Of a DNA stretch of 64,000 nucleotides, positions 1 through 12,580 are shown one piece after another (within the stretch, counting starts at the first letter, position 1; every line of letters begins with the position of its first letter). The translations under genes were made by a program, and so were the position numbers. This stretch comes from Eledone cirrhosa (Eukaryota). The notes beneath the pieces were generated by a model, which had not been told where the DNA came from, did not search any database, and saw only the letters and a program-made list of their open reading frames with translations. Where the stretch lies: positions 373,302,001 through 373,366,000 of the forward strand of contig OZ024741.1 of NCBI GenBank assembly GCA_964016885.1, given 5' to 3'.

Positions 1-149
1 GGCATTGCTTTATATCTGGAGATCTCTCTGCACTTGTCGTCACATGGTACCATGGGCCCAGCACTATGTGTCAGTAATTGTCACAGGTGTAGTGTTTGTA
101 TCAGAGTTTTCAAGTCGGTGGTTGGACTAAAACGTCACACTCGTTCAGC

Positions 150-438
150 GCATCGGTAGGGGTTCTCCTACATGGATATAGGGCAGTGGCCGTACTCGAA
201 AACATACAGCATTTCTTGGACATTTTAAGCCTGGCAGAGCCCATCCCTCTCCAGGCCTGAGTGCAGCAGATTTCTTCCAGAGAAAGGAAATGAGAAAGAG
301 ATATAGAGAAAGAATCGACCCCAGTACTAAACTGGTATTTTTTTTTAATCATCTTCAAAAGGATGAACTCAGAGAGCCGGAACAAATACCATAATGTATT
401 CTATCCGACGTTCTAACGGTTCTGCCAATTTGCCACCT
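150..438 (-). mobile_element. tRNA-derived SINE (octopod type, extended tail)
   Basis: Reverse complement reads aggtggcaaattggcagaaccgttagaacgtcggatagaa...ctctgagttc...ataccagt...ggggtcgatt; the same family occurs at 27007-27280 and 37902-38180. Confidence 0.75.
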
Positions 439-695
439 ATATATGTGTGTGTGGGTTGGGGGGGGGGGGGTTCAAAATGTAAGGAGAAATAACAAAGCAT
501 GTAACACAATATGATGAAAAAATATATTAGTTTAATGCTTGATATAGTAAGAAAGGAGTCTTTTTGTTTTGGACATTAGTTTTTCATCAGAAGATAGAAT
601 GAGAAATAGAAAGATAGAATGAGAAGAAGAAGGAATGGAAACAAATTTGAGAAAAATCACATGTACGTATTCAGTCAGCCATTTTAGAAGAAAAA

Positions 696-729
<34 letters not shown>

Positions 730-1206
730 TTTCACCCTTTATAGATTGTTCTCTCTTACTTATTTCTGTTAATAAACGTTGTAGTGTATGTGTAAGAATT
801 CTAATTTTTTCAATATAGCAAGGGGCCTCACCTGGGTTCATTATTTACAGCAAGAAATAACTCCATAAATCAAAGTATAACTGACTTAACTATTTATTTA
901 TTATTTTATTTAATCAATTTAAATGTTCATGGAGAGCTGATAAGCTATGACACACTGAGAAAAGGTATCTAATCCCAATTATAATTAATAAGAAAGAGAG
1001 AGAGAGGTTGTAAAGAGTCAATAAAATTACGAAAAAGGTGAAAAACAAGGACAGTTGAAGAGGTGTTAAATGTTTCAGTTGTTGAATCATTTTGTAGCCG
1101 CCATTTTTATGAAAATTTTATTTATGGCTTGTAGATCTTTGACAGTATATTGTATCTTTAATCTTGGTTGTTTTTTGTTTTTTTTTGTAACGACTAGTTT
1201 TAAAAT

Positions 1207-1242
<36 letters not shown>

Positions 1243-1377
1243 ACTAATATTAAACATTATTAGACATCATAATTAGAGATTTGTGACAATAAATATAAAC
1301 AAGACCACCAACACTCTAAATATCTAACTATTTTATGTCAGGTGAATACATCACCGATTAGATTAAAGAGTGTTGAC

Positions 1378-1990
1378 TTTCTTTAATTAGATATTTAAAT
1401 CCATTTAAAAATATATTAACCATTATAATATTGCAACCACTGGCTCCATCACTGCTACACTAACCACCACCACTAACTAGCACCACCAACACTATAACTT
1501 TCTCAAATTAAATACTTAAATCTATATAAAAAATATATTTATCATTATAATACTGCTACTACTAGTTACATCACTACTACATTAACAATTGCCACTACCA
1601 CCACCACTACAACATTCTCAAATTAGATACTTAAATCTCTATAAAAAATATATTTGCTATTGTAATATTTCTACCACCACTAGCACCACCACCAACACTT
1701 TCTCATATTAGATACTTAACACTTTAGCATTTTTATTACTCTATATTTACTATTATATTTTCACGGTAAAGGCTTTTCCTTTCACGGTAAAGGCTTTACC
1801 TCGAATCTATGAGATTTTGATATGATTTATTTTGAGAACAATACCTTAACATCAGTATGAGTGGCTGGTTACAGCCAATTTGAACAGAAAGAGATGAGAG
1901 AATCCTGGCCAGATATAGCTGGTTTAAATGCTAAAGAGTTAAATTTATATAAAATATATATTTACCAATATAATATTGTTACCACTAGCA
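1378..1990. repeat. Degenerate tandem repeat (about 85-120 bp units, 4 copies), last copy split by a MITE
   Basis: ttctcaaattagatacttaaatctatataaaaaatatatt recurs at about 1378, 1498, 1613 and 1698. Confidence 0.7.
1720..1938. mobile_element. piggyBac-type MITE (family 1, about 220 bp)
   Basis: TTAA at 1716-1719 and 1939-1942; TIR c(a/c)ctttagcattt / aaatgctaaagag; neighbouring tandem units show the empty gatacTTAAat site. Confidence 0.75.
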
Positions 1991-2975
1991 CCATCACTTC
2001 AACACTTGCCACCACAAACACTATCACCACCAACACCATTAACACCACTACTAGCATTGCCATAACCTACTGCTACACTTACCACTATTAGCCTCACTTT
2101 CACCTCCGTTGGCACCCTACTAACTAACTCCACCATTGCTACATTTACAACCATTACTAACTACAACCGCCTTCACCATTACTACCATTGCCACTACTAC
2201 CGTTAGTTCTCCTACACCCACCACCACCGTCACTACCACCACTTCAGTCACCAGCACCACTACTACCATTAGCTCCCCACCACCACTAGTGCCTCTAGCT
2301 CTATCACTACTTCAACCACTACCATTAGCCTCACCACTACTGCCTCTAGCTCCATCACTACTACTACTTCAACCACTACCATTAGCCCCACCCCCCTCCC
2401 ATCACCACCTCTACTGTCACTAACACTACTACTACCATTAGCTCCCCACCATTACTGTCACCACCACCAGTGTCACTAGCTCCATCACTACTACTACTCC
2501 CACCATTACAGCCACCACTACCAGTGCCACTAGCTCCATCACTACTACTACTCCCACCACTACCAGTGCCACTAGCTCCATCACTACTACTACTCCCACT
2601 ACTACCAGTGTCACTAGCTCCATCACTACTACTACTCCCACCATTACAGCCACCACTACCAGTGCCACTCCCACCATTACAGCCACCACTACCAGTGCCA
2701 CTAGCTCCATCACTACTACTACTCCCACCACTACCAGTGCCACTAGCTCCATCACTACTACTACTCCCACCACTACCAGTGCCACTAGCTCCATCACTAC
2801 TACTACTCCCACTACTACCAGTGTCACTAGCTCCATCACTACTACTACTCCCACCATTACAGCCACCACTACCAGTGCCACTAGCTCCATCACTACTACT
2901 ACTCCCACCACTACCAGTGCCACTAGCTCCATCACTACTACTACTCCCACCACTACCCCCACCACCACCACAATG
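1975..2975. repeat. (CAC/TAC)-rich low-complexity region with a 42/54-bp minisatellite (about 2460-2960)
   Basis: Unit ccactaccagtgccactagctccatcactactactactccca with an optional ccattacagcca insert; the ORFs here are repeat artefacts. Confidence 0.9.
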
Positions 2976-3569
2976 GTTGTCACTTCATTAACACCTTGGT
3001 TATTAATCTTCAATTATTAGAACTAATGTACCAAAGATTACAAAAAAATATGATAAGGATTTCTAATTTAGGCACAAGGCCAACCATTTTAGTGGGAGGG
3101 AAATTCGATTATGTTGATCCCGGTATTTTATATCATTGACCCCCAAATTGACAATCAAGAAACATTTCGAAAATTCATTGTAATAATCTAGTAATTTTGT
3201 ATATAAAGAGCTAAGCCATGACACACTGAGAAAGGTATCTCATCAAAATTATAATAGAGAGAGAGAAGATGCAAAAGAAATAACAAAAATATGAGAAAGG
3301 TGAAAAAATGGACAGTTGAAAAGCAGTGAAATGTTTAAATTGTTGAATTTTTTTGTAGCCGCCATTCATTGGAAGATCTTGTTTAGATTTTTCAATAAAA
3401 CTTAATATCACTTAGCTTTCTTTTTTATATATATTTCTTAATGATACATTAGTAAGTTGACTATGGTTCTACCTGTACATACCAGCCAGAGACAGTCACA
3501 GGTTTTATTCAACAAATTTCAATTAAAGTATATAATGTTTGGAATAAAAAAGATGTTTTAATTGAATAA

Positions 3570-4540
3570 TAAAAGTAAGGTTCCAGACTCTATATAAAAG
3601 AAAGATGTCAGAAAAAGGATGTCAAAAGAATTGCTGCATACAATAGTCAGCAACACCCACTGCATCAGCAATTCCACCCATGGGGCTGCTACTTCATGCA
3701 GGATGCTCTCCTCCAAATTTTGTGAAGGAAAACAACAGTTCAAGGAATAAAGATACCAGAAGGAAGCAGTCAGTCAAGTCCCAACATTTGGTTATCTTCC
3801 ACACCTCTCTGTTATGGGTAAAAGTGTTTGGGTTTGGGGCTGACAAGCTTGGAGATGGAGAACATGTCGCAGCATATGGCATCCCAGTTTAGAGATTTAC
3901 TCCTCTTGAGTGGGAATACGTTTATCCCATCTCAGTCCTTACCATCACCATGGCTGAGGCTAGCAGGCTCCTGTTTGATGGGAAACCAGCCATGTCAAGA
4001 CTAGATTTTTTTTTTAAATACTCACTTCAAGAAAGGCAATAAAGCCAATAAAACCCAAGGGGTTACTGAGATGGGGAAAGGATAAGACAAAGAGGACATA
4101 ATTCAAGGATAGAGAAGATAATCATTGATGTTGCTTTTAAATTTTTGCAAATTGTAGAGGCCAGGAAAGCAAGAAGCCAGAAGAGAATTCCATAGGTGAG
4201 ATGTGTGAGGAAAGAAACTATCAGAATAGAATTTATGAATGCATTTAAGAACTTCAACTCTAAATGGATGATACCTTGCTGCTAATCTAGCGATCTGTTT
4301 AAACTCATAGAGATGAGGCAACAAGAGTAACACTCACCAGAACAATTCCCATGAAAATATTTATAAACAAGGAAAAGTGGGGCAACATTTCTATGGTGTG
4401 ATAGTGATTGAAGCCAACCTGAAAAGTCAGTATCAAGAATGATCGTGATTCTTCTTTGGATCTTATCCAAACTCTCAAGGTATATAGTAAAAGTACCAGT
4501 CTAGATGTGGGCACAGTATTCAATACAAGGTCAAATGATA
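3570..4540 (-). pseudogene. Decayed CR1/Jockey-group LINE fragments (RT C-terminus and APE-RT linker)
   Basis: Minus-strand peptides DKIQRRI...LQSLSHHRNVAPLFLVYKYFHGNCS, SFFPHTSHLWNSL and REVWK...NCCFPS are typical of this LINE group; multiple frameshifts. Confidence 0.7.
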
Positions 4541-4844
4541 AATTTATAAAGATATATAAATATGGTTGGTACTAGGAAGGGCATCCAGCCATAGAAAACC
4601 TGCCAGATACAGTCCTATATGAGCGAGACACGGTCACCCAATCAATCTAACCTCAAGTGGGATAATTCCTGTCTAACCCATGCTAGCATGGAAGATAGAC
4701 ATTAAACGATGATGATGATGATGAGGATATATATAGTCTCTTTAAAGAAGAGGAAGAATATTATATGAAGAATAAATAAGAAGTTACACAAGTTTGAAGT
4801 TGTATTTTTCCTGCAATACATAGTTTAAAAAAGAGTTTGCTAAA

Positions 4845-5115
4845 GTCTATCTCAAGCTAAGAGGCTCATCAGGCCAGTGCTTATCCTGGTTTCCTTAGCA
4901 ACTGAGTGTACAAGATTACCATCTAGGCAGGACATCAGTTCATTGCAGTGTTAACTCCTCAGTTATTGCTGGTACTCATTTTCAGCTGAGTGTACTGGAG
5001 CAACATGAAATGAATGTTTTGTTCAAGAACACAATGCAGTTTCCTGTTCCAGAATCAAACTCACAACAATATGATTGTAAGTCCAATACCATAACCACTA
5101 GGCCATATACCTTTC
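4845..5115 (-). mobile_element. tRNA-derived SINE (second type)
   Basis: Reverse complement has tggcctagtggttatggtattggacttacaatc...tgttcttgaacaaaacatt; related copies at 10755-10970, 24645-24920 and 48438-48715. Confidence 0.7.
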
Positions 5116-5465
5116 ACATAACTCCATGTAATTGCATTTATTCCATCTGTCTAATGTAGTTCGAAATGTATTAGTCTGGTGTATAGCCACATCACAGTAT
5201 AATTAGCATAATAACATTCAACAGAAAAATTGAATAAATAACATGAAAACTCTAAAAAAAAAATGAAGGTAGATAATAATGTACATGTTTACCACAAGAC
5301 GATAACTGACGCTATATATTAATTTAGGATTCTTAGTATTTCTTGTCTTCAGCTAGCTAACAACCTCATATGATCCACTATCAATATTAATCTCTGTATT
5401 GCAGTCTTACACTGATGAAATGCTTTCTACAAAGTGACAGCTACTACTACTAGCAGCTGCTGCTG

Positions 5466-5466
5466 C

Positions 5467-5535
<69 letters not shown>
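5466..5535. repeat. (TAG)n microsatellite
   Basis: Perfect tag repeats. Confidence 0.95.
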
Positions 5536-6159
5536 AGATTCAGTAAAAAAAATACACTTTACAATTTTGGAAAGTGGAAATGTTAGTCTACAAAAACTAA
5601 GCTTAGTTGCTTATATATATAAACTTATATATATATATGGGTGTGTGTATGTATGTATATACTTATATATATATATACATGTGTGTGAGTGTGTATGAAT
5701 ATAAACAAGCTGATGAACTATGTAAGATGCATAGATTGGATTGTAAATCACTCAAGATAGATAGAATATACTGAGGAATAAATATAGATGCCAACAGCAT
5801 AAAAAGAATGAAATATAAGTAATTGGTAAGAATTGAACCGATTTCTCCTTAGTGTATTAACCACAATGTTCAGATGATTGACCAATGTCCATTAGTCAAA
5901 TGAATGTATGTGAGTGATTGCAATAGAGACTTAATGCTAATTGCTATAATTGCATTTCCTCTTAGCGTGACATTCTTTGTTTCTAACTTATGACCAATTC
6001 CTTCTGTGCCCTGTCTCCAAAGTAGAGACCTTTTGCCAATTTGCTCAGGTTATTTTAGGAATACAAGAAACATATATCTATTTCTATCTCAGTCCATCTG
6101 TGTGTCTCTTTCTCTCTCCCTCTTGCATATGCAAATGTCTCTGTGTGTGTGTGCGTGTG

Positions 6160-6707
6160 TGCAGGAGAGGAGGTTGCATTGGTATGGACATGTGCTGTGT
6201 ATGAAGGATGACAGCTGCATAAAAGGTGCAGAGCACTAAAATTCGATGGAAGCCTTGGAGTGGGGAGACCCAAGAAGACCTGGGATGGGGTGATAACAGC
6301 CGACCCTGCTCAATTGCACTTCGCAAAGGTGATGGCACAGGACCGTGAGCTCTGGCGTCATGCAATAATACAGAAGACCCGACTTCCCACGGGCACAAGC
6401 CGAAGCTGAAGCATATAGACAATATGCCCCCACACCCTCCCACTGCAAAGTGGGAGTGCAGGTGTCACGGCAAAAAAGCACCCAGCCCACACTGTAAAAT
6501 GGTCATATAGGCGCCACAGAAAAAAAACCATCCAGCACTCACTGTAAATGAGGTTGGTGTTAGGAAGGGAATCCAGCTGTAGAAATCAAGCCAAAATCAG
6601 TTCCCGTATAAGCAAGATAAGCTCACCCGACCTGGCACTGCCCACAACAAGACAACCCGTCCAACCCGTGCTAGCGTGGAAGAACGGACATGTGATGATG
6701 ATGATGA
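6160..6707 (+). mobile_element. RTE LINE 3' fragment
   Basis: QERRLHWYGHV...GRPKKTW, followed by a 3'UTR matching the 52007-53865 copy and a (GAT)n tail. Confidence 0.85.
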
Positions 6708-7888
6708 TATATATATTTAATAAATAAGACAGAGGGTTTTAATCATACATCTTCATTTTATTATCTAATTCCATTATATGTATTTCAAAGATGCAATTGT
6801 GGTTATATAATAACTGCCTAGCAGGTTTTTTTCAGATGAATTGAGATGTGTTTTTCTATCTATTGATATGTTACTGGTTTAACATGGTGTTAACATCGCT
6901 GTCCAGTACTCAATACAAGGTCTGAAATGTTGATTATATGCAAATCAGAGTCTCTTTATCTATCTTGAACATTGTACAAGTTATTGCAGCCTTCAGAAAT
7001 TTTAAAGTGTTATGAGGGCATTGATTGAATTCCCTCTCAATTATGTAGTGGGCTAATGGATTCAGGTCTGAAGAGCTAAAAGACTATATATTTGAGGTGA
7101 TCATAGAGATTCTAACTCATCTATTCTTAGGTTATCTTAGCCTTTGTTTGGCAAGCTTTCTATGGCTGGATGCTATTCCTATTACCAAGCACTTTATAGT
7201 GTGTACTGGGTGAATTTATCATGTAGATCACCAACTCTAGAGAGGTTATAATGCTGTGACACAACTGAGTGGTCCTCCAACTCTTTTCAAGCATGATTTC
7301 TACAGTGGGGTGCCCTTCGTGCCACCAGCCACCTTAAAGTGTGTACCAGGTGCATTTCTGTGGCACCAAAGATAGTGAGGTTGCTGGTCCCAACAGAAGA
7401 GCCATCTTCAGGGGGTTGTGGTATGATATGACAAGGTGATGAGTGAGGAAGGGGAAGGGGTGCATGGATAAGTCAGGTATTGTATACTATTTGTCTACAC
7501 CAGCACAACATAGCACCAGCCCTTGTGGTCCTTTGTCATTAATATTCTACTCAAATAATGTAGAAATTATAACCCTATTAGAAGCCAATGAAGTGTAGAT
7601 ATGAATATCACATCAAAGGAAAGCAACATTTTTTTTTGAGGAAAAGTAGTATCTTATTACATGTCACTGAGTATTCATGAACTACAATGTATTAATTAAG
7701 TACTAATCCTTGTCTTATTTGTTTTCATTGATAAACCATATATATATATATGTGTATATATAATGTAGGAGGTGAGTTTTATTGTAGCACAATAAAGCAA
7801 TGCAAATATCGGATAAGTAGCACTCAACAGTTTATAGGACTGGAGTATAAATAATATAAGATCAAAAGATGATTAAAAGAGTTCCATG

Positions 7889-7959
7889 TATTTTATTATG
7901 CGCATTTCAAAAACAAATATCATCATGGGATGATATTTGCGTTCTCATCAGATAAAATA
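7889..7959 (-). ncRNA. Minimal type I hammerhead ribozyme
   Basis: Reverse complement: tattttat CUGAUGA [long stem II] GAAA ugcgca UA auaaaaua. Confidence 0.8.
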
Positions 7960-8220
7960 GGGAGACATGATATGAAGCTTAAAAAACACTTGCGAGCAGC
8001 GAAATGTTAAATCTACATATGAAAAATAAAATAAGATGGATATATGAGATTGGGAAAAAAAAGAAGGAAGGGGGAAGGAAAAGGTAAGGAAGAGGAAGAA
8101 AGAAAATAAAGGATGATGGTGGAGGAGTATAAGATGGAAGGATGAGAGAGGAGGAGAAATGAGTGAGAGAGATAGCCTTTAATACTGAGAAACACTGTCT
8201 CACAGAGAGAAATTTAAAAA

Positions 8221-9197
8221 TCCAATTATTATAATAATGCGCTTTCCAAAGCCGGTTATCCTGACAAAATTAAATACAGTAAAGAAACCAATCATCGAAG
8301 GACTTATAATAAAATAGTTAGTTATGAAGATTCCAATAACTTAAATAAAAGACCTAGATACAAAAAGATGATTTGGTACAACGCTCCTTTTTCTCTATCT
8401 ATTACTAGTAATATTCCTAAACTATTTTTAGGGCCTTAGATAAATGCTTCCCTCCCTCGCATATCTTATTCTACCACTTCCAACATCTCTAACATTATCT
8501 CTAAACACAATAATAAAATATTAAATAATAAATTATATCCATCCAACACTGAGCATCATAATAATAGCAGTAGTACTCCCGACGTCAATGTTGACTCTAG
8601 GCTAGATTCAGTAAATTTAAATACGACGTTAAACGTAACTTTGTTGAATGTTCATAACACCAATCTAAATCAGGAAACTTTAGCACCTATCGTAAATAAC
8701 TTCTCCAATCCAATTCCTTCTATAAATAATACTAGGTCACTTGTTAATAACTCTGGTAATTTATCTAATCGTAATTGCCCTGTTAGAACTAAATGTCCTC
8801 TTAATAACCAATGCCTTGATAAAAATTTAGTGTATGAATGTAAGGTTATAACTGGTACTAATTCTTTTACCTATTTTGGTTCCACTTCCACTTCCTTTAA
8901 AGCAAGATTTTATAATCACAATTCGTCTTTTAAATACCAACTTAAAAGAACTAACACGGCACTCTCAGAACTCATATGGTCCTTAAAAGACAACAATATT
9001 AACTAAAACATTTCTTGGAGGAAGGTTTGCAACGCCTCTACTTACCAAAATTGTTCCCTATCCAGAACATGTAATCTCTGCCTAGCCGAGAAATTTACCA
9101 TTATCTCTAATTTTAATTCTATAATAAATAGACGTACGGGTTTATTTTCGCTCTGCTTGCATAAATCCCATAGAACTTTCCATAAAGTATACAGCTA
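8221..9197 (+). pseudogene. Penelope-like RT C-terminus plus GIY-YIG endonuclease, disrupted
   Basis: Frameshift/deletion near 8430-8470 and a stop at 9004-9006; the ORF track shows 8641-9006. Confidence 0.8.
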
Positions 9198-10156
9198 ATA
9201 TCTCACTACCTAATTAGTTTAAAACACTTTTATATCTTTTACAAATATACCCATCTTTCTACCTTATTTCAGTATATTATATTATACAATTTACTCATTC
9301 TATGTCATTAGCAGTCCCCTATTTTTCTTCTTTTTTATCCTTTTTTCCTTTTTTCTTTTTTAATTTCTAATCTTTAATCTGTAACTTTTACTTCTCAATT
9401 ACTTCTTAACTCATATTATTACTCACTATAGCATCTTGCTTATATTCTTGGCCATACAAACTATATTTTTAATATATACTAATATTACCATTAGTAAATT
9501 TTGTAAACATATATTTTTTTGACGTTATATATTTTTTCTTCCTTAAATTTTCTTCTTTCTTCTCTCCTTCCGTGCTCGTATTAAACCTATTATTTACTTT
9601 TTCATATTACAATACATAGAAACAAACTTAGACCCTAACTAATTCCTCTAAGTTCATAATTCATTTAATCTCTTCTTCATTCACCTTATCTCCTTAATTC
9701 TCCTTAATATTTTTATTTTAATAATACATATTAATAAATTCCTTTTCGCACATATTATTAAACCCTTCAATATATAAACCTTAAATAAATACTATTCTTA
9801 ATTCCTTTTTCTTTAATCATAAACATCACCATTCATAAACCTCATTAACTTTTAATTTCAAAATTTTTTTAAAATTATGTATTATCTTACAACGGTTTTT
9901 TTTAAATTTCTCTCTGTGAGACAGTGTTTCTCAGTATTAAAGGCTATCTCTCTCTCTCACTCATTTCTCCTCCTCTCTCATCCTTCCTTCTTATACTCCT
10001 CCCCCGTCATCCCTTATTTTCTTTCTTCCTGACCTTTTCCTTCTCCCTTCCTTCTTTTTTTCCCAATCTCATATATCCATCTTATTTTATTTTTCATATG
10101 TAGATTTAACACTTCGCTACTCGCAAGTGTTTTTTAAGCTTCATATCATGTCTCCC

Positions 10157-10227
10157 TATTTTATCTGATGAGAACGCAAATATCATCCCATGATGATATT
10201 TGTTTTTGAAATGCGCATAATAAAATA
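10157..10227 (+). ncRNA. Minimal type I hammerhead ribozyme
   Basis: 8-bp helix I tattttat/ataaaata; CTGATGA 10165-10171; stem II gcaaatatcatc/gatgatatttgt; GAAA 10208-10211; palindromic tgcgca; predicted cut after 10219. Confidence 0.85.
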
Positions 10228-10257
10228 CATCGAACTCTTTTAACCATCTTTTGATCT

Positions 10258-10293
<36 letters not shown>

Positions 10294-10354
10294 TATCATA
10301 TCATATCATAGTACGAATATATATATCATATTATATATATATATATCATATTAC

Positions 10355-10668
10355 GAATGACCAAGGTTTTGTACCGAAAAAGTTCCTCTCCAAGGCATAA
10401 GCCTGGGCAATGTATGTTTGTAGAAGACCAGCAGTTGCCTATGCATGCAAGTCTTCCCTCTCCATGCCACCAACGCTGTTGAAGGGAAAGGCAATGGCCA
10501 ATACAGCTTGGCACCAGTGACATTGCAACTCATTTCTACATCTGAGTGAACTGGAGCAATGTAAAATAAAATGTTTTGCTCAAGAACACAATGCACCACC
10601 CAGTCCAGGATTCAAACTCAGGACCTTACGACTATGAGCTCAATGCTCTAACAACTAAACTACATGCC
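10355..10668 (-). mobile_element. tRNA-derived SINE
   Basis: Reverse complement has A/B-box-like tagttgttagagcattgagctcatagtcgtaaggtcctgagtttgaatcctgga; a plus-strand relative lies at 29145-29490. Confidence 0.75.
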
Positions 10669-11453
10669 TTGATATATATATATCATCATTATCATCATCA
10701 ATATGAGTTTTACATATGTTTGCCATGCTGGTTTGGATTGGACAGGTTGTCTTCTCAGTGTTGTGTGTTATGTTTTTGAGCAAAACACTTCATTTTACAT
10801 TGCTCCAGTATATTCAGCTGAAAATGAGTACCAGCAACAGCTGGTGGTTTAATCCTGTGATGGACTGGTGTCCTACCTAGGGGAAATCTTGTACTTTCAG
10901 TCACTTAACACCATGGAAACTGGGATAAACACCAGCCTGATGTGCCTTCAGGCTCGAGTCAGACTTCAGACTATTTTTTTAGACATAAGTGTAAAATTCA
11001 TTATAATTGTGTGTTGGTAAATTAGGATAATTTTCCCATTTTTAAAGGTTTCAAGCAGCCGATGTTAGTCAGCCACATATGTACTACATCCAATCTGTTG
11101 CGTGTATGTGTGTACACACACAGGTGTGAGTGTATGATCCTAATTAAATGTTGGGTAGCCAATTTTAGTACTAAAAATAGTAGATATTTATGTATTTAAA
11201 TCAAGTATTGCTGTAGACAGAAAAAAAAATCTATAAAATAGAATCAAAAGTTTGTTAACTGGTAGTTATCAAACTAATTGATAATTTGGTTGGGAAACAT
11301 TAAAGCGACTGGGGTCCTTGGGTTAGAAAACAGTTGGTGCAGCTCCCAGCACCTGTTTGCAACAATCTTTATAAAAATTAAAAATGCATACAAATGTAGG
11401 CCTACACATAGAACAATACTGAGATTCCAGCTTTGATCCATGCCAAACTCTAA

Positions 11454-11671
11454 ACCTTTAGCATTTAAACTGGCCATATCCAGCCATAATTCTCTCACCT
11501 TTCTGTTCAAACCAGCCCTAACTGGCCACTCATACTAATGATAAGGTATTTTTCTCAAAATAAATAACATCAAAATCACGTAGCTTTGATATTATGTGAG
11601 ATAATATTGTGAAATAAAGCCTTTACCTCAAAAATACAATAGTAAATATTGAGTGATGTAAAAATAAAGGG
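11454..11671. mobile_element. piggyBac-type MITE (family 1)
   Basis: cctttagcattt...taaaggg flanked by (c)TAA and TTAA; empty site visible in the adjacent duplicated unit near 11917. Confidence 0.75.
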
Positions 11672-12053
11672 TTAAAGCAGTAGTGACATTTAAAGAAAAG
11701 TGTATTTAATAACAATTATAATATTCTAATGTGATTCTATCCTACACTAGTGTTAGATATAGACTGCAGTGATTTCTATTAAATAACCAGCGCCAGATTA
11801 AAGCAACTAGGATGTGTTGAAGAACATTTGGAGTCCCCAGTACCTGCTTGTGAGGAACTTAACATAGGCCTACATATAGAACAATGTTGAGATTCCAACT
11901 TCAATACATGCCAACTTTTAAAACAGTAGTGACATCGAAAGAAATAAAGAAGTTTATGTAATAACAATTATAATATTCTGTTTTGACAAAAATGTATTTC
12001 ATAGCTATATATATATATATAATGATTGCACCACTACACTTACGATTGCATAG

Positions 12054-12104
12054 GCATCTGATGAAGTCACATGCCTAACCATGTAATAGAAATATATATT
12101 ATGC
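12054..12104 (+). ncRNA. Minimal hammerhead ribozyme (solo Penelope pLTR remnant)
   Basis: gcat CTGATGA a-gtcacatg-cctaac-catgtaat-a GAAA tatata TT atgc; flanked by (TA)n tracts. Confidence 0.65.
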
Positions 12105-12367
12105 AATAAAGCAGTTATGGAGAAATAATCCCGACTTAACTATTCTTATTTGATAAATGAATACTCTGTCACTCCTAATCACCAATTCTTAGCTGGGATA
12201 AACTACTGCAGTGAAGTGCTTTTGAATCACTCGAACTGACTTATCCTCAAGAAGTTACGACATGACAACTACTTATAAGTAACATTCTTCTGCAATATGT
12301 ATATATATATATATTTAATAAGTAGACGGAACTAGCATGAGTATCACTGCTAGGACTGGTTGCATCT

Positions 12368-12481
12368 CAGAAATGGCTTCTACATGACTAGAACTGTTTC
12401 ATTCAAAAGAAATCATCAGGAAAGCTTTCCTGGTGATTTCCTTCAAATGAAACAGTTCTAGTCCTGTAGAAGCCATTTCTA
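12368..12481. repeat. Fold-back palindrome with hammerhead-like cores in both arms (family Y)
   Basis: agaaatggcttctacatgactagaactgtttcatt...ggaaagctttcc...aatgaaacagttctagtcctgtagaagccatttct; a related copy lies at 58812-58946. Confidence 0.8.
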
Positions 12482-12549
12482 TATTAAAAACTTATGCTTG
12501 GCTATGTATTGAGTATCTTACTGTGGTTACCTCCAATTAAACCTGGGAT

Positions 12550-12580
<31 letters not shown>

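Larger units (their letters stand above)
7850..10265 (+). mobile_element. Penelope-like element (probably Hydra clade), 5'-truncated, with inverted pseudo-LTRs
   Basis: About 370-bp inverted repeats (7850-8220 vs 9897-10265), each with a hammerhead motif. Internal disrupted ORF reads NALSKAGY...IWYNAPFS...CPVRTKCPLNNQCLDKNLVYECKV...YFGSTSTSFKARFYNHNSSF...TALSELIWSLK...CNLCLAEK (GIY-YIG). Ends in (TA)n. Confidence 0.85.

Noticed and set aside
2136-3013. Mucin- or extensin-like ORFs
   Set aside because: Open on both strands because of triplet/42-bp repeats; no signal peptide or splice support
5405-5450. Hammerhead-like CTGATGA at 5412 (also 5710, 16023, 35756)
   Set aside because: No properly placed GAAA/UH or helix I; at best decayed remnants
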